Positions 8,634-17,200 of a DNA stretch of 34,777 nucleotides are shown piece after piece. The position numbers and the translations under genes were made by a program. Origin of the DNA: a bacterium (GTDB lineage: Bacteria > Patescibacteriota > Minisyncoccia > Phycocordibacterales > PALSA-1337); NCBI GenBank assembly GCA_021782175.1, contig JAJXVL010000003.1, positions 1 through 34,777 of the forward strand, given 5' to 3'. Each line of letters starts with the position of its first letter. Position 1 is the first letter of the stretch. A model generated the notes under the pieces. The model ran no database searches. It saw only the letters and a program-made list of their open reading frames with translations, and was not told the DNA's origin.

Positions 8634-9296
8634 ATGAATAAACCAAAATTCATCACTATCGAGGGGGGAGAAGGCTCAGGCAAATCTTCACTCTGGCAAG
8701 CCATGAAAGCCGAGTTTGGCGATCAGGTCTTGTTCACTCGTGAACCGGGTGGTTCGCCATATGGTGAAGCTATCCGTGAGACCACGCTCAAGAATCCTCT
8801 GGCTGCTACGGCGCCGGCAGAAACAACCCTCTGTCTCATGTTTGCCGCCCGTTTCGACCATTTGGTCAACTTGGTCAGGCCGGCGCTTGCTTCAGGGAAA
8901 TCGGTGGTGTCGGACCGCTTCGATGCCTCATCGTACGCTTACAATGTCCACGCTCAATCCGGCGGCTTGGTCAGCAGACTCTTCTGGCAGTTGCGCCGTC
9001 AGTTGATGATCTTGCCGGACCTCTATGTCTACATTGATGTGGAGCCGGAGGAGGGTATGCGTCGAGCCCAGAAACGCAATCAGGCTGGTTCGAGTAGTGG
9101 CCATTATGACCACTTCGATGATCGGGCCGTGGCCTTCCATCAGAAAGTCCATGAGGGTTACGAAAAGTTTTTTGGCCGGAGGCGTTGGCTCACTCGCCGA
9201 CTGCTCGTGCCTATGGTGAGGATCGATGCCAATCGTCCGTTTGCCGAGGTCAAAGCGGACTTCATGGCCTTGATGAAGGAGCAGTTGGGTCTGTGA
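8634..9296 (+). CDS. tmk: Thymidylate (dTMP) kinase
   Basis: FITIEGGEGSGKS P-loop, TREPGG, LMFAAR, SDRFDASSYAY, PDL, IDA. Start set at 8634. Confidence 0.93.
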   Translation: MNKPKFITIEGGEGSGKSSLWQAMKAEFGDQVLFTREPGGSPYGEAIRETTLKNPLAATAPAETTLCLMFAARFDHLVNLVRPALASGKSVVSDRFDASSYAYNVHAQSGGLVSRLFWQLRRQLMILPDLYVYIDVEPEEGMRRAQKRNQAGSSSGHYDHFDDRAVAFHQKVHEGYEKFFGRRRWLTRRLLVPMVRIDANRPFAEVKADFMALMKEQLGL

Positions 9297-9325
9297 TCTT
9301 CCTAGACATTTCTATATTGGATAGC

Positions 9326-9359
9326 AGTCTGTTGCTCGAGTAGGGTAGCAGACTTTTTC
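9326..9359 (+). terminator. Intrinsic terminator after tmk
   Basis: AGTCTGTTGCTC / GGGTAGCAGACT stem followed by TTTT. Confidence 0.6.
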
Positions 9360-9382
9360 TTTGACCATGATACAATCTAGCC

Positions 9383-10606
9383 ATGAAAGACCCTCAAATC
9401 AAAAAGCTTATAGTCACTGAGAAGAAACGCCAAAAGAGCGTGGTCAATCTGATCGCTTCAGAGAACTACGTCTCGGCCGATGTCCTAGAAGCTCTCGGTT
9501 CGGAATTGACGAACAAATATGCCGAAGGTTACCCGGGGCGACGCTACTATGGTGGCAATTTGATCACCGACAAGATCGAGCGGTTGTGTGTCGAGCGAGC
9601 CCTGAAACTTTTCAAGTTGGGCGCCTCGGAATGGCATGTCAATGTCCAGCCACTCTCCGGTTCGCCGGCCAATCTGGCTGTCTATACCGCACTGGTACCT
9701 TTGGGTGGCAAGATTATGGGCATGTCGCTTGATCATGGCGGTCATCTCACTCATGGTCACAAAGTATCTATGACGGGTAAGTCCTGGATCCAAATACCGT
9801 ACGGTATCGATCCGATCACGGAGACGCTCAACTATGATCAGCTCTTGGAACAGGCTATCGAGGCCAAGCCGCAAATCATCGTGGCGGGCTATACGGCTTA
9901 TCCGCGCATAATCGATTGGGCCAAATTGCGGAATATCGCTGATGCCTCCGGAGCTTTACTCATGGTCGATATGTCTCATATTGCCGGTCTGGTAGCTGGT
10001 GGTGTCTATCCGCCACCTTTCTCATATGCTGATATTGTGACCACGACGACACACAAAACCTTGCGCGGGCCACGCTCGGCCATGATCTTCGTGCGCAAGG
10101 ATGATCGCGAACTAGACAAGAAGATAGACAAAGCGGTTTTTCCTGGTTTGCAGGGTGGTCCGCACTTGAACCAGATTGCTGCTGTGGCGGTGGCTCTGCG
10201 CGAAGCCGATACGCCGGCTTTCCGACGCTACGCTCATCAAGTTCTCAAGAATGCTCAAGTACTCGCAGGTGAACTCAAACAGCGTGGTTGGCGGCTGATC
10301 TCAGGTGGCACTGATTCGCACTTGATCCTCGTTGATACCTGGATGGCCAATGTCATCAATGAAAAAGGCGCTGGCGGCGTACCTGGCAGTTTGGCCAGTG
10401 AAGTATTGGAGAAAGAAGGCATCATCGTCAACAAAAACGCTATTCCTTTTGATAGTCGGCCGCCGGCCGATCCCTCCGGTATCCGGTTGGGCACAGCCGC
10501 CGAGACTACGCGTGGCCGCAAGGAAGCTGATTTTCACAAGATTGCCGTGCGCATTGATGAGCTCTTGAAGAAACAGACCGCCAAGAAAAGCAGCTCGAAA
10601 AAATAG
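9383..10606 (+). CDS. glyA: Serine hydroxymethyltransferase
   Basis: LIASENY, NKYAEGYPGRRYYGG, GGHLTHG, TTTHKTLRGPR (PLP Lys), VFPGLQGGP, SGIRLGT. Confidence 0.98.
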   Translation: MKDPQIKKLIVTEKKRQKSVVNLIASENYVSADVLEALGSELTNKYAEGYPGRRYYGGNLITDKIERLCVERALKLFKLGASEWHVNVQPLSGSPANLAVYTALVPLGGKIMGMSLDHGGHLTHGHKVSMTGKSWIQIPYGIDPITETLNYDQLLEQAIEAKPQIIVAGYTAYPRIIDWAKLRNIADASGALLMVDMSHIAGLVAGGVYPPPFSYADIVTTTTHKTLRGPRSAMIFVRKDDRELDKKIDKAVFPGLQGGPHLNQIAAVAVALREADTPAFRRYAHQVLKNAQVLAGELKQRGWRLISGGTDSHLILVDTWMANVINEKGAGGVPGSLASEVLEKEGIIVNKNAIPFDSRPPADPSGIRLGTAAETTRGRKEADFHKIAVRIDELLKKQTAKKSSSKK

Positions 10607-10627
10607 GCAACGAAAATAGGCAAAAAG

Positions 10628-10910
10628 ATAAAAAGAATAGCGCGGTCGCTTCTTATCGAAAATTCGATGAAGCAAACCGCGCTGCGACCCCTCACTCGTG
10701 TGTGTCCCCAAAGGACGATCGGACACCACACGAGGAGGGGAGGAGGTACTTGGAATGTTGTCCTGCGGCCCCAGCCAGGACCTAGGGAAGCATCGGAGAC
10801 GCGATACTGGGCGAACAAGTCAGGACAATTTGTCCGTCCCAGTATCAGCCACCAGCTAGCCTTGCGACTCCGCTTCGTTGCCCCGACTTGCGTCGGCAAC
10901 ACCCCGTTCC
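10628..10910 (-). ncRNA. Candidate structured non-coding RNA (~280 nt), class not recognised
   Basis: Has its own promoter (10917-10945), dense nested helices including a GCAA-capped hairpin, and a 3' hairpin plus U-tract. No credible sense ORF. Confidence 0.65.
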
Positions 10911-10916
10911 TTTATA

Positions 10917-10945
10917 ATAATAGCTCATATGTCAGAAAAAGTCAA
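10917..10945 (-). promoter_or_regulatory. Sigma70-type promoter driving the candidate ncRNA
   Basis: Minus strand TTGACT (10945-10940), 17 nt, TATTAT (10922-10917); predicted start near 10910. Confidence 0.7.
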
Positions 10946-10993
10946 TAATAATATTTATCGCCAGTGCCGAGTGGCTCTGTTACAATGGCATTC

Positions 10994-12763
10994 ATGCAAA
11001 TGAAAGAAGTTTTGATACAGAGGTTGTCTGCTCTAGCCGAGGAGGCCGGTTTGGCTGCCGATCTGGTCACGGTTGGTTATCCGGAAGATGCCACCAACGG
11101 TGATTTCACCACCAATCTGGCTCTGGTAGGAGCCAAATCACTCAAACTCTCCCCCAGAGCTTTGGCGGACAAGCTCATAGCCGCCGCCACGGGGAAGTGG
11201 CCTGATTTCGTTGCTGAAGTTTCGGTCGCCGGGCCAGGCTTCATCAACTTCAAGATCAAGCCCGATTCTCTGACCAAACAAATCATCATGATGGCTTCGC
11301 ACATCAAGTCTGGTGCCAAGTCGGGTGATTGGTTGAAATCCAATTTGGCGGAAATGCGCGCCGGGGAGGCTGGTGCCATCACGGCTCCGGTGATGATCGA
11401 GTATACTGATCCAAATATTTTCAAAGTTTTTCATATCGGCCATTTGATGTCGAATACGATCGGCGAATCCATATCGCGCTTGATCGAAGCAAGCGGCACG
11501 CCAGTCATCCGTTTGTGTTACCCGGCTGACATTGGTCTCCATGTGGCCAAGGCTGTCTGGGCCGTCCAGAAAAATCTATCTGAAATGCCAGCTGATCAGG
11601 CACCCATTGCTCTGCGTACCGCCTTCTTGGGACGAATGTATGTTCTCGGCACCCAGACTTATGATGCCGATCCGGTCGCCAAGGCCGAGATCGATGAATT
11701 GAACAAGAAGTTGTATGAGGGTACGGACCCGGCGGTTCAGAAGATCTATCATCGAGGCCGCACCTGGAGTCTAGATCATTTCGAGGAGCTCTACCGGATT
11801 CTGGGTACCAAGTTCGATACTTATTTCTATGAGAGCAACATGGCCCCGATCGGTCTCTCGGTGGTCCGCCAAAATCTCGGCAAAGTTTTTGTCGAGAGTG
11901 ATGGAGCTATCGTTTTCCACGGGGAAGAACACGGTCTGCACACACGTGTCTTCGTGAATTCGCACGGTCTGCCGACTTATGAGGCCAAGGACTTGGGCTT
12001 GAATATCACCAAATTCGAGCACTATCCAGAAGCGGCCCAGTCCATCATCGTGACGGCCAGCGAACAGAACGAGTATTTCAAAGTAATGCTCAAAGTTTTG
12101 AGTCTGGTGGATGAGCGTGATGGGTCCAAGACCAAACATATCGGTCACGGTATGATGCGTTTCGCCTCCGGCAAGATGTCCTCGCGCACTGGCAATGTCA
12201 TCACCGCGGAAAGTTTGCTCTCTGATATGCGCGAATTGGTGCGAGCCAAGATGGCTGAGCGGGCCGAGACTCTGGATCCCGGCGAAGCTGATAAGATTGC
12301 TACCCAGGTAGCCATTGCCGCTATCAAATACACTATCCTGCGCCAGACTGTCGGCAGTGATATCGTTTTTGATTCGGCCAAGTCGATTTCTTTCGAGGGC
12401 GATTCTGGCCCATACCTGCAATACGCGGCGGTGCGTGCGGCGGCCGTCCTGGCCAAGGCAAACGCCGCGGGCATCAAGCCGGCCGAGAAAATTCCTGCCA
12501 GCATGGTGCCGGGCCAACTGGAGCGGCTCCTGGGGCGGTTCGCGGATGTTATGGCTCGGGCCGGCCTCGAGCAGGCGCCGCAATTAGTGGCTACTTATCT
12601 CATTGAGCTCGCTGCGGCCTTCAATAGTTTCTATAGTGATCATACGATCGCCGATCCGGCTGAGCCGCAGGCCCCGTATCGCGTGGCTCTGGTCCAAACT
12701 TTCCTCGCGGCCATGACTGACGGTTTGTGGCTCTTGGGTATCACGGTTCCGCGGTTGATGTGA
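10994..12763 (+). CDS. argS: Arginine--tRNA ligase
   Basis: GDFTTN, AGPGFINF, EYTDPN..FHIGHL, KMSSRTG, FEGDSGPYLQYA, LLGITVPRLM. Start set at 10994 after TG-T-TACAAT. Confidence 0.96.
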   Translation: MQMKEVLIQRLSALAEEAGLAADLVTVGYPEDATNGDFTTNLALVGAKSLKLSPRALADKLIAAATGKWPDFVAEVSVAGPGFINFKIKPDSLTKQIIMMASHIKSGAKSGDWLKSNLAEMRAGEAGAITAPVMIEYTDPNIFKVFHIGHLMSNTIGESISRLIEASGTPVIRLCYPADIGLHVAKAVWAVQKNLSEMPADQAPIALRTAFLGRMYVLGTQTYDADPVAKAEIDELNKKLYEGTDPAVQKIYHRGRTWSLDHFEELYRILGTKFDTYFYESNMAPIGLSVVRQNLGKVFVESDGAIVFHGEEHGLHTRVFVNSHGLPTYEAKDLGLNITKFEHYPEAAQSIIVTASEQNEYFKVMLKVLSLVDERDGSKTKHIGHGMMRFASGKMSSRTGNVITAESLLSDMRELVRAKMAERAETLDPGEADKIATQVAIAAIKYTILRQTVGSDIVFDSAKSISFEGDSGPYLQYAAVRAAAVLAKANAAGIKPAEKIPASMVPGQLERLLGRFADVMARAGLEQAPQLVATYLIELAAAFNSFYSDHTIADPAEPQAPYRVALVQTFLAAMTDGLWLLGITVPRLM

Positions 12764-12797
12764 TAAAGTTGTAGCTGAACCCAGCACAAAATTTGCC

Positions 12798-13217
12798 ATG
12801 AAAAAAATCGAGATGGTCCGAGTCGTCGGGCCAGTCAGTCAATTCCTCTCCACGATTTCGGAAGAGGAGAGACAGCAATTTGACCTGCTCCTAGGGCAGA
12901 TCAACAAGCGGCGGTCCGGCAGCGCAGCTGAACGGCAAAAGTTCCTGCATTTTGTCGACGGCCTGATTGCTTTCAAGTGTCTCCAGCGTGAAGCTGGCAG
13001 TATACCCGAGGCTCTGTCTGGCCGACTCAATCCATGTTGTGTCGGCATGACTGAGCGAATCGCTCTTTTCCTAGGGGGAGATTTGCTAACCATGGCTCTA
13101 GGAAGGGGCCGAACCAGGGAAGCCACAGCCTTCCTGAACGCGATTCTTCTCATTGCCTATGATATGTACCTGCGCTTTCCGCTCAAGGTGCATGCCCGAT
13201 CCTACGAAACAGTTTGA
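12798..13217 (+). CDS. Hypothetical protein (orphan, 139 aa, helical)
   Basis: Fills the gap between argS and a terminator. No recognisable motif. Confidence 0.55.
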   Translation: MKKIEMVRVVGPVSQFLSTISEEERQQFDLLLGQINKRRSGSAAERQKFLHFVDGLIAFKCLQREAGSIPEALSGRLNPCCVGMTERIALFLGGDLLTMALGRGRTREATAFLNAILLIAYDMYLRFPLKVHARSYETV

Positions 13218-13231
13218 TCGGTAAGCTTCAC

Positions 13232-13255
13232 AACGAACCTCAGGGTTCGTTTTTT
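13232..13255 (+). terminator. Intrinsic terminator
   Basis: AACGAACC-TCAG-GGTTCGTT followed by TTTT. Confidence 0.7.
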
Positions 13256-13309
13256 GTTTTTCCAGACCTGCTTCTTGACTCAGCACCCCCCCTGTGAGAG
13301 AATTATTGC

Positions 13310-14161
13310 ATGAAATCAGCTCGGTTTGGTTCACGCCGATTGCGCGATGGTTTTTGCCAATTCCGCGCCTTCACTCTCATTGAACTTCTGGTGGTGATAT
13401 CTATCATCGGTCTTCTGGCATCTGTGGTATTGGTTTCACTCAACAGTGCCAGAGCCAAAGGACAGGTTGCCGCCGGTCTACAACTGGATTCGAATATATA
13501 TCAGACCACCGGCGTCAATCTGGTAGGTGAATATAAGTTTACTGATGGTTCAGGCAGTACACTCACAGACTCTTCAGGTAATCATTACAACGGTGTCCTG
13601 ATCAATGGCCCGACTTGGGTTAATGGCGATACACCTACCGGTGCTGGATACTCATTGAAATTAAACGGTGCCAGCCAATATGTGAATGTTAGCGGTATAC
13701 CATTAAATTTTAATAATATAACTGTTACCGCCTGGATCAAGGAGAACCAAGTTACAGGCAGTAATCAAACCTTTGTTATTGCGAGTACAGGTAATGTTTA
13801 CGGTGGTTTTTTGAGAGATGATGGCGCTGGACATTATGAATGGGATGTTTACTCCAATGCAGAGTATAATCTATATGTTCCGATCGCTTCTTATAATCAG
13901 TGGCATTTTTTGGCTGGTACTTATGACGGCACAACGCAAACAATTTATATTGATGGAACCAAGGCGGCGTCTCGGTCTCTCAGTGTCAACACTTCTCCGA
14001 CTACCAATCTGGCGATAGGAGCTTGTGATTTTTGTGGTCCAGGGCAATTCACCTATGGACAGATCGCGGAAGTGCGTGTTTACAGTAGTGCCCTCACTGC
14101 TGCTCGGATACAAAGTATCTATGCTATGGATTCTAAGAAATATTTAGCTCTCACAAGATAA
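13310..14161 (+). CDS. Prepilin N-terminal domain + LamG/concanavalin A-like lectin domain protein
   Basis: RA|FTLIELLVVISIIGLLASVVLVSLNSARAKG, then LVGEYKFTDGSGSTLTDSSGN, ITVTAWIK, WHFLAGTYDG, IYIDG and GQIAEVRVYSSALT (LamG-3-like). Confidence 0.88.
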   Translation: MKSARFGSRRLRDGFCQFRAFTLIELLVVISIIGLLASVVLVSLNSARAKGQVAAGLQLDSNIYQTTGVNLVGEYKFTDGSGSTLTDSSGNHYNGVLINGPTWVNGDTPTGAGYSLKLNGASQYVNVSGIPLNFNNITVTAWIKENQVTGSNQTFVIASTGNVYGGFLRDDGAGHYEWDVYSNAEYNLYVPIASYNQWHFLAGTYDGTTQTIYIDGTKAASRSLSVNTSPTTNLAIGACDFCGPGQFTYGQIAEVRVYSSALTAARIQSIYAMDSKKYLALTR

Positions 14162-14225
14162 ACCAAATGATGATAAAACCGGTCTATGATTGAAATAGAG
14201 CCCTTTTTGCCGTAAGCTGTAGCTC

Positions 14226-17200
14226 ATGTCAAACAACCCGTCCGTTTCTCCCAATCCCGAACCGACTGACAAGCCGGCTCGCGTCCTGCGCGAAGAAGCC
14301 ACGCTCAAAAAATGGCAGGAGCAGGATATTTTTGGCCAGACGCTGAAGAAAGCTTCGCCGCGCGGCGAATTTACTTTCTATGAAGGACCGCCGACGGCCA
14401 ATGGTCATCCGGGCATTCACCATCTCGAAGCCCGTGCTTTCAAGGATGCTATTCCGCGCTATCGCACCATGCGTGGCTATCATGTCCGCCGCAAGGGAGG
14501 TTGGGATACACATGGTCTGCCGGTGGAGCTCCAGGTGGAGAAACAGCTCGGTCTCAAATCCAAGAAGGAGATCGAGTCCTACGGTGTGGAGGCTTTCAAT
14601 GAGAAGTGCAAGGAGTCCGTCTGGACTTATGTGCATGAATGGGAAGACTTCACCCGCCGCATGGGGTACTGGGTGGACCTCAATGATCCTTATGTTACCT
14701 ACAAGCCCCAATATATAGAATCAGTCTGGAATGTGATCAAAACCGCTGATGACAAAGGTTTGGTCTACAAGGATTACAAGGTCGTGCCTTGGTGTCCGCG
14801 TTGTGGTACGGCCCTGTCATCGCACGAGCTCGCTCAGGGCTATGCCGATGTGAAGGATATGTCGGTGACGGTGAAGTTTAAGGCTAAGCCAAATCAAAAA
14901 ATTGGGAATCTTGTTACTGACGACAAAACTTTTATTTTGGCTTGGACGACTACACCCTGGACATTACCTGGCAATGTTGGATTGGCTGTTAACCCAAATA
15001 TTCAATATGTCCAGATAGATATGGATAAACAGTCCGTTGATGATAAAGGCAAGTACATTTTAGCTTCTGATCGAATGATTGTTTTGGAGGAGAAAGCAAA
15101 GAAAAAAGACACAACAAAGCCTTTCTATATAGATAACTTAATTTATGGAAAAGAATTAGTCGGCCTCGAATACGAGCCGCTCTACCCATTCTTGCGAGAC
15201 AATATCTCGCATCATGAGAAGGACAAGCTCGTGAATGCCTTCAAGGTCTATGCGGCTGATTTTGTCACCACGACTGACGGTACGGGCATCGTGCACACGG
15301 CGGTGATGTACGGTCAGGACGACTTCGAACTCGGCACCAAGGTTGGTTTGCCGAAGCATCATCTCGTCCACGAAGACGGCACTTTCAAGAAGGAGTGCGG
15401 CTTCCTGGCGGGAGCTTTTGTGAAAGACGAAGGGACCGAGGTAGCCATCATCAAGGATCTCGCCGGCCGCGGCCTCTTGTTCGCCAAGGAGAAGTATCAG
15501 CACAGTTATCCATTTTGCTGGCGCTGCAAAACACCGCTCATCTACTTTGCCCGCGATAGCTGGTATATCCGCATGTCTGAATTGCGCGAGAAGATGATGG
15601 CTGAAAATGAAAAAATCCACTGGGAACCAGGCTATATCAAGGAGGGCCGTTTCGGTGAATGGCTCCGCGAGGTCAAGGATTGGGCTATCTCTCGCGAGCG
15701 CTATTGGGGTACGCCGCTGCCGATCTGGACTTGTCATCAATGTCACGCCCGCAAGGTCGTTGGCTCGATCGCTGATGTCACGCAGACGCCCAAGAACCAT
15801 TATTTCGTCATGCGCCATGGTGAGGCTGAGGATAATGTGAAGAATATCCTGAACTCTGACGAAAAAGTCGCCAACCATCTCACGGCTCATGGCCGAGCCA
15901 AAGCCACCGCTACGGCAGAAACCCTCAAGGCTCAAAAAATCGACTTGATCATTGCTTCGCCTTTGCCGCGTACACAGGAGACAGCCAAGATTGTCCAGCA
16001 GACTGTCGGTTTGCCGGCTGACAAACTGATTACCGACAAGCGTATTCGCGAGATGGGTCTGGGTGAGCTCGATGGTCATAGTCTGGATGAGTTCATGAAA
16101 GTTTTTCCTATGAGTGTGGGTCGCTTCGATCCGGCGCCGCGGGGCATTGAGAGTTATGCCGCGCTCAAGAAGCGCATGGGTGACTTCCTCTATGACATCG
16201 AGAGCAAATACGCCGGCAAAAATATCCTCATCGTCACGCACGGTAGTCCGGCCATGATGCTCATGGCCGCAGCCGCTGGCTGGGATCGGAGCGAGACTAT
16301 CGCTTATGAAAAGGATCATTATATCCACAAGGCCGAGGCCCGCCCACTCGATTTCCGCATCGTGCCGCACAATACGGAGTATGAGCTGGATCTGCACAAG
16401 CCTTTTATCGATGAGGTGAAGCTTACTTGCGCTTGTGGTGGGGAAATGCACCGCGCCAAGGAAGTCTTGGATGTTTGGTTCGATTCCGGCTCCATGCCTT
16501 TTGCGCAGGATCATTATCCTTTCGGAGGGTCGAAAGCCCGCGGTTGGCGCGCTTGGTTCGGCGGCGCCAAGGAACAAAAGATAGCTTATCCGGCCGACTT
16601 CATCTCTGAAGCCATCGACCAGACGCGTGGTTGGTTCTACACTCTGCATGCCGTCGGAGCTATTCTCGGCAAGGGTCGGGCCTACAACAATGTCATCTGT
16701 CTCGGCCATATTCTCGACGCCGAGGGCAAGAAGATGTCCAAGTCACTCGGCAATATCGTTGACCCGATGATGCTCATGGATCGTTATGGTGCCGACGCCC
16801 TGCGTTTCTGGATGTATTCCATCAACCAGCCGGGCGAGTCCAAGAACTTCGATGAGAAGACCGTCGACGAGGTGGTCAAGAAAGTTTTCAACCTAGCGGC
16901 CAATGTGGCTTCGTTCTACGAAATGTACGCCAAGCCCGAGGTGATCGTATCGCGGGATTCAAAGAATGTGCTCGATCGCTGGATCATCGCCAAGCTTGAT
17001 GAGTTGACCGTGACCGTAACCAAACATCTCGAAAGTTATGTTTTTTTCGAGCCGACGCGTGCTATCCGCGATTTCATTGCCGACTTGTCGCAGTGGTATC
17101 TCCGCCGTTCGCGTGACCGCTTCAAGGAAGAGGGCAGCGGCAGAGTGGAAGCTCTGCAGACTACGCTTTATTTCCTGTTGACGCTCACCAAGATCATGGC

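Noticed and set aside
10628-10910. tmRNA, RNase P RNA, 6S RNA or T-box identity for the structured region
   Set aside because: No tRNA-like TTCGA/CCA end, no GAGGAAAGTCC, not a single rod with a central bubble, and wrong strand for an argS leader. A divergent member cannot be excluded without Infernal.
10534-10948. ORFs 10534..10902(-) and 10667..10948(+) as proteins
   Set aside because: No protein-like features; the region is better explained by RNA structure with a promoter and terminator.
15792-16360. Intein in IleRS
   Set aside because: No C/S start with HN-C/S/T end and no LAGLIDADG motifs; the motifs match a histidine phosphatase.
15156-16709. 517-aa antisense ORF within ileS (also 11771..12583, 20698..21273, 22249..22857, 26938..27537)
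   Set aside because: Antisense shadows of well-supported genes, expected from codon bias.
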